64,000 nucleotides of DNA, from the NCBI GenBank assembly GCA_951406725.2, contig OX597832.1, positions 1,860,001 through 1,924,000 on the forward strand. Direction: 5' to 3'. Within the stretch, counting starts at the first letter, position 1; every line of letters starts with the position of its first letter. The translations under genes were made by a program, and so were the position numbers. This document shows, piece after piece, positions 37,094 through 49,730 of the stretch. The notes beneath the pieces were generated by a model. It made no database searches and was not told where the DNA came from. It was given only the letters and a program-made list of their open reading frames with translations. This DNA comes from Octopus vulgaris. Taxonomy: Eukaryota.

Positions 37094-40000
37094 AGTAATT
37101 TATATATCATTTTTTATTGTTTTCTTTTTTTTATAGAATTTATATCTTTTTTCTAACTACGCATAAAATGCTTTTTCTGACTACGCATAAATGGAAAGAT
37201 TTGAAATTTATGTATATCCCAAGTATGCTAATTGTGCTAAGGAAGGGAATTGACTTCCATTGTGATCGAAAGCGAGTTAAAAGATTGCATTCACGAAAAT
37301 CCTGTTCGCTGGTGATCGACAGAAATTGGTGAATATTATTATAATCAAATATAACCTGTTTGCACGTCTCTGTAAAAGCCGAGGACCAGATAAATATACT
37401 AAAATGATATCATACTTTACGCTATGAAAAGTAGCTGAAGCTGAACGTCTGTTTCTACAGGTGTGTATAACAATGTACTCAACAATGTATATTCATGTGA
37501 AAATTTCCGTTTATATTTATCTGCTTCTTTTTTTTTTTTTCAATGAAATATTGTTCCCCCATCCTATTGTATTTCATAATCTGGTAACTACGCATTCGCT
37601 TTTGTTTGACCAACATAAAAGAAACATATGATAAACAAGAACACAAACCGACAATCTAATGTAGCCATTGGGTATGTAATCAAGTTGAAAGATAACAAAT
37701 ATGAGTAGAGTTCACAGACAAAAAACTCGCAAAAAGTAAACAAATTTTCCAGGAATGCATTTAGTGCTAAGATGCTAATTAAAATAACATAACAAAATAG
37801 AATAGCATGTTTTCCTCTATCCTAAAGAAAAGGTTCTGTTTGAAAGATAAAATAATTATTACAAAAAATATTATTTTCTTTTTATATTTTGCCAAGAAGA
37901 TTTTTTTCTGTTGAATTATTTTGTCTGGTTAGCGAAATCGAAGAAGCAGCAGGAAATCTTTAAAAGGTAGCACGAATAGTTTTTCTCTTGACAACTTTTT
38001 TTTTCTACTATATATCTTTGCTTAATAACCTTCAACACGATAATGGTAAGACAGTAGGTTAACTGTTGATATGATAAATTTCCTCACGAGCCACAGGGAT
38101 TTCCAAAACCACTGCTTAGCACTAGGTTTATTTGTGCTAAGCGGTTAAACATGAAATTCACATTGGATAGCATGACACGCGTCTATAATTAATGTTTTAA
38201 GAAATGAATTTGTAGGCTGGAGACAAACAAGCTGTTAGTCTCCAGTTAACCGCAATCACTCAACCAGTTAATGTATATTGCCTCGGTGTCAAAGCCTGGT
38301 TTCGCTTTAATTATGAAAATATGAAAATGAGAAATTAATGAGTTGAATATAATCAATAAAGTCTCCAAAACTGAGAGGAAAACAAATGTAAAGTAGAATA
38401 TTTAGTGAAGTTCATTTTATGGAGTTTCGAAGTCCAGTGTATCGTCGCTTAAACCTGATATCGATACCATTAAAGGGTGAGACACATTGGTAAAATTTGA
38501 TACATTTAACCAATAATAACGTTAAGATACGTACATCAGTCTATATTTTGAACATAACGCGGTTATTTTGATATGAGGAAAATAACAATTTAAATTTATA
38601 TAACTTATATGAAAATAATTAAATTTTTTAGGATCAAACGAAGAAGATGGCACTTCATATAGACATATCATTGTCAAACTTTTCAGTATAGTGATTTCTT
38701 TTGACGAAACACAAAAACAGTTTCGAAAATGAAGCATTAAGATTTTCCGACAAAAAAATCAGACTCCTTTTAATATATATAACATTGATCTATTTCGATT
38801 CACAAAAATCTGTTGTCTTTCTAGTCGTTTTAAGATGGAGCAGCCACAGTTAATCTATGCTTCGCTAAGGAGGCCTAATAATACCGAAACGAATCTGAAA
38901 TGTCGCGCTGATACTAATGATTTTTCTTATTATCTACTGCATTCCACATTTAACTAATTAAAATAAATAAACAATTTTGCTGTTATCTTCCCCTGACTTT
39001 TGTCCAGTTAGTCATTTAGAACATTGTAGCTCTCATCATTATATGTGTAATTTTAATTTTAAATTTATTAATACTTTTTAGCTTAGTACATCAAGCATGC
39101 TAGCGCCAACTTCAATATTCCATTCATTCTACTTTTGCCTTCACTGCCGTTAAAATTTTGTTTAATATCGAAACATCAAAAGAAATTATCATAAACGTTT
39201 ATTATATGGGCACATATTTCAACTGATTTCAGATATTATAATAAAGATCTATGTATATGTTTAAGTTTCTTTTTATGCTAAGTGCAGACGATGCCTGATG
39301 ATGATGATGATATGCAAGGTTACATCAAAAGACATGTATGCAATTATGAACATTTTAAACGTAAAAATCAATTTAGAATAGCTAGAATTAATTATTTATA
39401 ATTGTGTTTTTAATGTTTATACATTGAGCACTGTATATCAGAAGAAATTAAATATTTAAATCTCTGAGTGTTTCAATGTGAGTGTGTAATAGAAGAAATT
39501 ATATTGATAATAAAGTAAACAACTTAGTCATTATTATAATTATGTAACTATGTCTCATTTATTGACGTAATACCACACTAATAGTCAACAATTTCAAAAG
39601 TACAGCTTTCATCGTACAGTTCACAGAGGAAGATTAATATATGAAAACATAATCTAGATAATTTTACATCAAATTCCCCAAATACTCTACAATTTTATCT
39701 TAATTCTCTTTCAATCAAAACACAGTACAGACAGAAGTGTACCGCGTTATGCATGCCAGTTTCAAAAACCGAGCCATTTGTCCTCTTTTAGTCTTTACTG
39801 TGTATGATTTATTTCTTTTATTGTGTTTATTTTTAAATGTGCTTAATATGTCCATTCCCAGAGTGCTCGATCATCTTTAGAAGAAAATATGAAAACGGTA
39901 TCAGCTAGCGTAGTGTTCAAAGAAATTTGTTTTCTCATAACATTCCAAGTAAGCAATCCCTGTATCACAAAGATGGGTAGCATATATTCTATGCGGCGTT

Positions 40001-40889
40001 ATCATGGGATTAATGAGTTCAACGGCTCATACACGCAAGGTAAAAATATTTGTCTAAAAAATATCTGTCTAAAAAAAAAGCCAAGCAGTTTGCGACTTCT
40101 GATCTCAAAGTTTTATAGCATATTCTGTCGTTTAACTGTCTCTATACATCAAGCTTAAATATACCTTCAATTTATCTAACCATAATAAAAATATACCGGG
40201 CCTTCAAGAAATATTTCCTGAAATTGAAGTGGCGTTCAATCCTACAACGGAATTATCATTCATCTACAAAAAGGATTCGAACCGGGAACACAGTTTTAAC
40301 ATTATGAACTTAACTTCTGGAGGCTCCTTTCACCTTTCCACCATCTCCTAAAAGTTTTCTTGCTATATCTTGGTTATCTCCCTTTCAGAAACTTAAGACT
40401 ATTTCTAAATGAGTGGAATATGTATGTACAAGCGCATTTTTCTGCCCATTAGGGATTATACCTGTATAACGCGTGGTGTTAGTGGTGTTATGAGCTGCGA
40501 TGGAGCTATGTGGTGTTGGTGGAGGGGATTGCATATGAGGTGGACGGAAGTAAGGACTGCAGGGGCCTGTGACACAGGCACAGGGCATGCATGGACAGGA
40601 AGCACGTATGGGCAGTTCGAGCAGAGAGGGCAGCGAGACAAGATGTATTTAATTCGTGAGAGTGACCGCTGATTCAACAGGTAAGGCCTTTTGTATTTCT
40701 TTCTCCTGTTTGCTTCTTTTTTCTGTTGTCCTTTTCCTCCATCACACTACGTAATGTATGCACATTATATGTATGCTCACACAAACAGCACACATACATA
40801 TACATACATAATCTTGAAATAAAACTGAACAACTACATACATACTTACATGCATACATACATATATATATATACAATGGCACCTGTAGC

Positions 40890-42173
40890 AAAACATGTGT
40901 CGCTAAAAATATTATTGCCAAATAAAGTAAATTTGGACCTCAGAACTCTCTGCGTTCAATAAAACAGTGGCCCACAATGTGTTTGTAGTGCCAGTATTCA
41001 TACCAATATTTGGGCTGCTTGATTGGACGCTTGATGAGATACGAGTCATTGATGTGAAAACCCGAAAAATACTAACAAGCACACATAATTTCTTCATAAA
41101 TAGTGACGTAGACCGCCTTTACCTAAAACGAAAATAAGGCGGCAGAGGCTTAACAAATTGATCCAAAAGGCTTTTGAATCATATCCCTTCGGCAACATCT
41201 TTTCACTACCAAGTGTCGACGTGCATCCCTTGACCAAGTTTGTATACATGAGGCTAATAACATCATAAGACTTGGAAGGCAGCTCCTTGAGCAACATTCT
41301 TTGTCTGATAACCTAGAATACACGCCCAAAGGAGTTGCACGACTCTACCGCAACGTATTATCAGATAAAAGGATGAGCCTATATGAGAAGACAATGCATG
41401 GATATGTAAGAAAGTTCCGTCATGATAGTAACATCGATCATCAAAGCAGTTTATCATGGACCAACAGCTGGATTACTACCTCCCACTTTGAAGGGTATGC
41501 GTTTGCAATCCAGGAACAGGAAATATCAACCAAATATCTGATGCACAAAAGCGATAGAGATGCAGGAACAGCAGTAAAATGCGACAACCGATGGAGACTT
41601 TATGGAGTTCACACTGAAGATATCACTCATATCATAAGCAGTTGTCCGTAAATGTCATTACAGTATTATCTACTGATGAGACATGATGTTGTAGCTAGGG
41701 CACTATAGTGAAATCTGTCAGAAGGATAATCCCGAGGACAAAGAAATAAGAACCAACACTATGGTAGAAGCCATAACCACTAAAAAAAGGAATATTGGTG
41801 GAATGTACCAGTTAAAACCTCAATAAAATGTAAGCACAGCTGACCTGATAAAATGATTTGGGATAGAGAAGAGAAACTGAGCACAGTTGTGGAAATTAGC
41901 TGCCCAGCAGATGTTAGCATAAACATCAGTGAAAGAGAGAACACTTATGCTGAAGTATTGAGAAATTTCCAGTTACTCTATCCAGATTACAAGTTCAGGT
42001 TTACACATGTAATTATTGACGCCCTGAGATATGTAACACACCGCCTAAATAACAATCTTGAGAAATTAGGCTTCTCAAAACCAGAAACGAGAAATTTAAT
42101 TCGAAGACTACAGATCCAATACATCACTGGAACTGCAAAAATCTGTAAGACTTTCCAGAAGTTTATCATTTAA
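40890..42173 (+). mobile_element. Decayed 3' part of an R4-like RLE LINE
   Basis: DVDRLYL, EGYAFAIQEQEISTKY, zinc-knuckle remnant EDITHIISSCP, RHD, PD..VEISCP. Confidence 0.85.
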
Positions 42174-42239
42174 ATATATATGAGCATGTCTAGAAATGCA
42201 ACTATATGCATGAGAATACATACATAAAGCATACAAACT

Positions 42240-42324
42240 TGCACATACACACATACATACATGCATGCATGCATACATACATACATACATACACACATAC
42301 ATACATACATACATGCATACATAC

Positions 42325-42407
<83 letters not shown>

Positions 42408-42666
42408 AAAATACTTTGATGTTGATATCGAAATTCCAATGAAGGAGCCTTGGATCTAGGTTAGAAACAGGTTCTTTCTCTCTTTGCAAGAAATCTTGAT
42501 ATAAACTGAATAATGACATACATAAATACATACATACATGCATGCATGCATGCATGCATACATACATACATACATATATACATACATACATACATACATA
42601 CATACATACATACATACATACATACATACATACATACATACATACATACATACGTACATACATACA
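42240..42666. repeat. (CATA)/(TA)/(TGCA) microsatellites around a 105-bp unique insert
   Basis: Read directly. Confidence 0.9.
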
Positions 42667-42671
42667 TGCGA

Positions 42672-42997
42672 TGGTACGCCGTCGGTTACGGCAACAAGGG
42701 TTCCAGTTGACACCATCAATGGAACAGCCTGCTCGTGAAATTAACGTGAAAGTGGTTCAGTATTTTACAGATACGTGTACTCTTAACGTAGGCCACAGGG
42801 AGATTCAGCGTGATACAGAATGTGACAAAGCCGGCCCTTTGAAATACAGGTACAACTCATTTTTGCCAGCAGTGAGAACGGGAGCAACGTGAAATAAAGT
42901 GTTTTGCTCAAGGACACGACGTATTGCCGGAAATTGGACTCATGACCTTATGATCGAGAGCCGAATGCCCTAGCCACTAAGCCACGCGCCTTCACCT
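42672..42997 (-). mobile_element. tRNA-derived SINE, family C
   Basis: Minus strand ggcgcgtggcttagtggctaggg (A box), gagtccaatttcc (B box), then gtgtccttgagcaaaacactt central domain. Confidence 0.8.
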
Positions 42998-43024
42998 AAT
43001 ATATATATATATATATCTATATCT

Positions 43025-43078
<54 letters not shown>

Positions 43079-43233
43079 GCATACATACGTACGTACATAC
43101 ATACATACATACATACATACATACATACATACATACATACATACATACATACATACATACATACATACATGATATGGCGTCGAATTCAGTCACGTTTGAA
43201 TGAAGGAACTCACTATTTATCTTTCGTCTAATG

Positions 43234-43358
43234 CAGAGATGGGGAACTTGCGGCCTTCCGGGCCATCAAGTGCGGCCGTCTGCGGCCATTGGTATATTTT
43301 CTTTCTTTTTGACACTGAATATTTTTTGTCTAAAATCATTATACGCCCTAAACTTACA

Positions 43359-43397
<39 letters not shown>

Positions 43398-44806
43398 CAC
43401 ACACACACATACACACACACACATAAACGAACGGAACGATAACCGTGTTTAGTTATATCACTCCCAGAAATTGGAAACATTTTTCTTTGAATCCAGTGAG
43501 TTTAAACTCAAAGTAACAAGTATATAAAGGTAATATTTCCTTGTCAACTATACCAGCCTAGTGGGAGTAAGTGACATCGGGTATGATACACGAAGAGCTC
43601 CTATCTCATCCACCTTTTCATTGTGATCTCTGCTATGTACTTTACTTAGTAGTTGCATAGTCGCGCCCAACTTCATACTGACTTGATTTGTGAGACTGAG
43701 TTAGTTATAGCCTTATTTGAAACCGTAAATCCATCAGCGAGGGCATTAATTTTACAGACTTGCTTTTTATCATTGAGACATGATAAGTGATACAGTGATC
43801 GTATTCATTGCTACTCTATTAAGCCATCTGCACACTCTTTCAGACAAAACGGTCTTAGACAAGACACTATCAATCAGCGTCCGAAATAATGTTCTTGGAA
43901 TCTTGGTCATAACTTCAACAATAGTCATTATTTTGTGAGATTAGAAACCATCGATATTTGATATTATTTCTGCAACAATTAGGTAATGATAGATAATAAT
44001 ACTAATTACAGAAAAAAAATTATAGCTAATCTAGATGTTGTTCAGTCTCGAATGGTAGTAACAATTGCTAAAGTCAAAACCAAAAACATGGTTTTGGATG
44101 CATGTTTATTGTGTTTTATTTAAGACTGTTTTATTTGGGTCAGTGTGCAGCTGGCTTAACAAATTCATTATTAAACTTTTCATTTTTTTAAATTTTTAAC
44201 CCATAATCATGTCAAGAAAATTAAAATGAACTTTGAAAGAAGGAAACAGGATCTTCAATGAAGAATGGGAATTGCAAATTTTTTAGTAAATAGTGGAGGC
44301 AAAATGTCTTGCTTGTTTTGTGATACCGCAATTATAACAGTTAAGTAAATTCAATGCACAGCAACATTATGCTCTTCATAAAGACAATGAATATGCCAAA
44401 TTAGAGGGTGAGTCTCGAAAGATAGCATTGTAGAAATTGAAAGATGGAAAACAAAAGCAAAGACAATTTTCCAGTCTGTGATGCAGATTGGAAGCCAGCT
44501 ATAAAGTTTCATATTTGATTGGAAAAAAGGTATGCTATTCAGTGATGAAGAACCCATAAAGGTTTTTTATAAGATAATTTTTCAATTACTTATTACTTGA
44601 ATACAATGTACCTACTTAAATAAAATATTTGAAAAGTCATGCTTTCGATTTCTACACGCCTCTCTTTCTTTTATTAGATTACTAATAAATTACTTAGGAG
44701 ATAAAATAACTAAAAAAAAAGAAAAATGATTTGTTCAATGGCGCCACTATGAGGGATGATGAATTGTAGGGTGGCCTTCATGCACAAAAAAGGTTCCCCA
44801 TCCCTG
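43234..44806 (+). mobile_element. Internally deleted hAT (Charlie/SPIN-like) DNA transposon
   Basis: TIRs cagagatggggaac and gttccccatccctg; 8-bp TSD gtctaatg/gtctaata; transposase N-terminal remnant RIFNEEWE..CLFC..QHY at about 44210-44480. Confidence 0.9.
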
Positions 44807-45099
44807 GTCTAATAAATACTATCATCTAAAACTCATGCCATTAAAACAAGCTTGGTAAAAAAAATACTAGTTATCTCATTCGGATAAATACCACGAGGCG
44901 CTACTTTTGGAGAAGATCGTAGCTATAATCATGCAGTAAAAATCAACAGAAATTCAACACGTGTATGCCTGCTACATAAACGATGGCACAACAGGAAACT
45001 AGGATCATTTATCCATTTATCACTGTTCCCAGTCGCTGAACTACCGAGAGTAATTTCGGTGGTCTTTTGAACTGAATGAAGACGCATTAATTCTATAAA

Positions 45100-48000
45100 A
45101 AAGAATAGATAGAAAATCCCTCGAATGAGTATATAAAATGGACGAAGAGTTATTGGAATCTAAAGTATCCCAACTATTCCCATTTCAACCCCAAAAGTCT
45201 TTGTCGAGAGAAGACTTTGTTCTTCCTACCGGCCAACAAAATTTCACATTAAATAAAAGTGTGAACAGTTCAGTGGATACTTCTACTGAGAAGATCCTAA
45301 CAACAGGAACAATAATAAGAAAACTGAGGTAAGCATGCCAGAATTACAAACAGCAGTTACAAATGACCAAACAGAAATGAGGGAGGAATATAAACACCGC
45401 AAAGCGCAACTAATAGCAAAATTCAAACAAAACTTCATTTACATCGATAGACAATTATATGAAAGAGCTATTATGACAAACGTGATTTGGAAACCTACAG
45501 ACATGATGTTATCTATGATCGATCAAGTTGCTAAGAAACATTTAGCACAAATCGAGACTCTCACCTTTAAGACATTGAATGCTCTGCTATACTGAGCTGC
45601 TGCAGTTACCATTCGCAAACAGACTGATGCAACGGAAATCGATTGTAACGAGAAAATGGCAACAAAATGTATTAACTCTCACCAGACAAATGTCGAAAGA
45701 TCAGAAAAGATATTGAACAATGAGATACTATCATTAAGTGAAAAGTACATAATAAATTCTCAAACCACTAACTGCAACAATTTTGTAATAGTCGAGAACT
45801 GCCGTAAAGAGACACTGACGTGTATTTTTAACCTGTTAGTGTCTCTTTAAACACGACCAAGAAGCTGCAAATAAAAAACGTCGTTGAGCAAGGAGTTAAT
45901 ACAAAGGGGAACATCATTCGCAAGTTTACATTCAACTGATAAGCGATGTATTGCAGTACGAAATGTCATACCCTCAAGATTGTAAAATCCCCTCCCCAGA
46001 ATGATCCAGCTATTTTGAGGCAGAAATTTAGAATGTAAGTAAGCAATGCGACAGTGATGCAATGTGGTTAAATGAGCTACGGATAGAAGTAATATGTAAA
46101 CGTTTCTCATAGAATATCTAATATTACCAGTGAAACTCTAACAATTGTTGCAAAACTACCGAACGGAAAATCCTCAGGAAGATAACTGATTGTCGGTTAC
46201 TGATAGTGAAAGTTCAGTCTATGTATCAGTCCTTGATAACATGTTCAAAAGAACAAGGAACCCCGACTCGATGTACCACATTGGCTGACAGTTGCGCATA
46301 TAGCACCAGTTGTTAAAATCCAAGGACTGCATATGACCGAAACCTATAGGACGTGTTTGAATATCCTATATAAACTGCATACAGATTGCTTTGATGTATT
46401 CCTCCAGAATGACCGAAAAACACACAATATGGTGACTGTTGAGAAAGCTGGAGAAAAGAAAGTAGTTCGGGTTGTACCAAACGGAGCGACATCAACAAAG
46501 CTGATATTAAGGAAGCAAAGCAGCATCGCCAAAGTCTGCCAATTGTATGACTCTTCCTTACTCATGAACACTCGAGTCTCTACAGTTTGCTGAAGCCCCG
46601 TGTGTTATAGTCGATAGTCGACGCCATTAAAAGACTGACAAGTGGACCAGACAAGGATTATGGATACCAATAAACAGTTTATCTCCCTTATCACAAATGA
46701 TATGACTTGAATGTTGCATACATTGGTACTCAGATTAAAGCTAGAGTGAAGAGAAAATAGTTCTGCAGAATTCCGAAAGTATAAAAGTCAGATCTCTCTG
46801 CATTTAATAAAACAACAGTGCCAGTGCTTGTGCCAACATGCAGGATACTTGAAGGAATACGCTACCCGGACGCCAGAACTAGAAAAATACTAGCAACTAT
46901 TGTTAGTATCTTCAGCAGTGACAGAATATACGTCAAAAAGATAGAGGTAGAGGCTTAAGATCAGTTCAGAATACATTGAGTGCTGCATCATATCACTTAC
47001 ACAATACCTATTGGACAGTAAAACGAGAAATTATATCATGTGTGTTTTCAACAGTGAAAGTACGAGGTGGTATCAAAACGTTCCCTGATAATTCTGTAGC
47101 GTGCCAATACATATCAGCACACGGTTGCGTACGCAGTGAAAGCTAGCAGGGACCTTAAGGAGGCAGTGTGCTGAGTGGCATCGCTGTGTTTACTTTACAA
47201 GTTGTGAAATTTGTGTTTTTGTGATCACGTGTATATTGTAGTCTGTGATTTTGTTATAGACATCACGTCGAAATCTACCAAGATTTCCGTCAGCATACCA
47301 CTTATGACCTATCCTTCATGTCAAGGATCATCATCTGTAACGAGAGTTGGGTCTATGAGTACGACCCAGAGACAAAGCAATAGTCGTTATAATGGAAGAG
47401 TCATAATCGAAGAAGGTACGACAGATCTGCAGCTGAATCAAGAGCATGCTCTTCGTTTTTTCGATATCCAGGACCAGACCGTCAATCAAGAGTTCTATTG
47501 TGATGTTTTGAAGTGTATGGGGAAGGGCATTCAGCGAAAGTGACCGGATCAGTGAAGCGCGAAGAATTGAATTCTTCACGGCGACAATGCACCCAATTCC
47601 CGAGCTCTCCTCACTTATGAGTTTCTCACCATTTAGCACCTGCAGACTTTCATTTCTTCCCCAAGATGAAAAAGCAGCTCAAACGTCACCGTTCTAACAC
47701 TGTTGTCGAGATCCAGAGCGAATCGACTCGCATGCGGAAAATGACTTCCAGTCTGGATTCTCAAACTGGCGGGAACACTGCGACTGATGTATTGCTGCGC
47801 AGGTTGAGTATTTCGAAGAAGATAATAAAACTTAGGTAAAAAAGCTATATTTTATTAAACATAAGTCCGGGAACTTTTTGATACGACCTTGCAAGTTTAC
47901 ATCTGTTCTACATTAACTAACGGTGACTGAGCTGAGAGAGTTGGGAGAAAATTAATCATCATACCAGAAGAAGGTTAAGAAAGTTATCTCGCATGCAAGA

Positions 48001-48180
48001 GAATACCAACAACGTAGACAAGAACTGTAGTCTCTCCTGGACTTGTAATAGGTACATAGTATCTCCCCTAGCAAGCTACGTCCAGAAACAGGAGATAGCT
48101 ACTAAATATATGTTCAACAAGAGGAAGAATGATATTTCTAAATCTCTTCATTTTGATAGAAATGTCGATTGTACTATAGT
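45100..48180 (+). mobile_element. Very decayed R4-like LINE split by the mariner at 47061-47893
   Basis: TLNALLY*AAAV, LPNGKSSG, and SLSWTCNRYI..QEIATKY matching the 41301 element. Confidence 0.5.
47061..47893 (+). mobile_element. Decayed, deleted mariner transposon (second family)
   Basis: TIRs tacgaggtggtatcaaaacgttccc and gggaactttttgatacgaccttgca; NESWVYEYDPETKQ, TVNQEFY, LHGDNAP, LAPADF.FFPKMK. Confidence 0.85.
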
Positions 48181-49519
48181 AGTATGGCGTGTATGTTCGT
48201 TATCCATTGAACATGGCTCTATCCTCAATTGGATAATCTAACAAGAAGCACACTTTCTTATTAATTGATAAAAGTTACAGTTTACAATATTTTTAGATGT
48301 CTTTGCTAGATTATTCTATATCTTGTAGTTATATTGCAGTGTTGCAATACTTGTTTACAAAATATAGAATAACAAAAAATGTTTCAATATCTTGTTTTTT
48401 TCATAACTTTCTACAATAACCTAATTTTGCAATGAATGTTCAAATAAAACTTTCTGAGGGTCATAAAAATACAATAACATAATATAGCTACTGTACCGTT
48501 ATCTCGAACATCAGAAAATCCCTACCAGTCCAAAAGCATTTGACCGACTAATAGATAACCATTTATTTCACACATGCTAACAGAAAATTAACAGATGCTA
48601 TACATAGAATGTAACAGATGTTATCAAACGCATAGTACGAAATACATACTACCAGAGATTAATAGATGTTAAGCATATGATACGTAGCACACTTTGCCCG
48701 TAAATTAACAGATGTTAACCACACAATACTCACTATCTTGAACAAAGTATGCTATACAGGCTGCCAGACGATCTGATCTAAAACACAATGTATATATTAA
48801 TTAAGACATTAAATCGGGTAAAGCTGAAGGTATTAATAGATATCATAAAATATATTAGATCAGATTTCTGCAACAAATTAAGCTACAATTACTGAGAATG
48901 TGATAAGGAAGATGAAAATGTTGCCATTACTAAGAAAAAATTCACTGTTGAGGTTGTTAATCCTCAGCCGATTCTGGCTCAAACCATCTATGATCAAAGG
49001 TGTTATATCTACTACCATCACATAAGGTTTTTTTTTTTTTTGAAGGTGGGGAATATTAGGTCGAAGCCATATAATGTAATGCATCACTCCTTGTCAAATA
49101 CGGTAGTGTTCAATTCGAGAGAAATCTGGCTGCTATTTCTACAAGGTCGTGTAACTTCGTGGGGTTTCATTCGCTTGTAGTTTTAATTGTATATTATGTT
49201 CCCAGCAATCTCCGTGAAGACATTATAGTCAGATAGATATTTTTATATGATGCCAAGCAGATGTTGTGGCACAGATAGTTAAAAAGTTATAGTGTTCAAC
49301 GATATCTCATATTTCAGATGAAATATAAGCAAGATACGGGATTTTTTAAAACACAGTACTTTAGATTTAAAGAATATATTGAACATTGCAATTTGCATAT
49401 TTATTCTTTGTGAGTTGATTGCGTAAGAAAAATCAAGTTCTAAAGAAAAAGAAAACCGCATAACAACTCTGAAATCTGGTAGGTATAGAGGTGTCCTCCA
49501 ATACCTCACCAACGCATTC

Positions 49520-49730
49520 ATATTGGTTTCAAATTTTGGAACAAGGCCAGCAATTTCGGGAGCAAGTCGATTACATCGACCCCAGTGCGTAACTGGCACT
49601 TATTTTATCGACCACGAAAAGATGAAAGGCAAAGTCGACCTCGACAGAATTTGAACTCAGAACGTAAAGACGGAGGAAATGCGGCTAAGTATTTTACCGG
49701 CGTGTTAACGATTCCTCCAGCTTATCGCCA
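49520..49730 (-). mobile_element. SINE family B monomer
   Basis: Homology to the other B copies. Confidence 0.88.
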
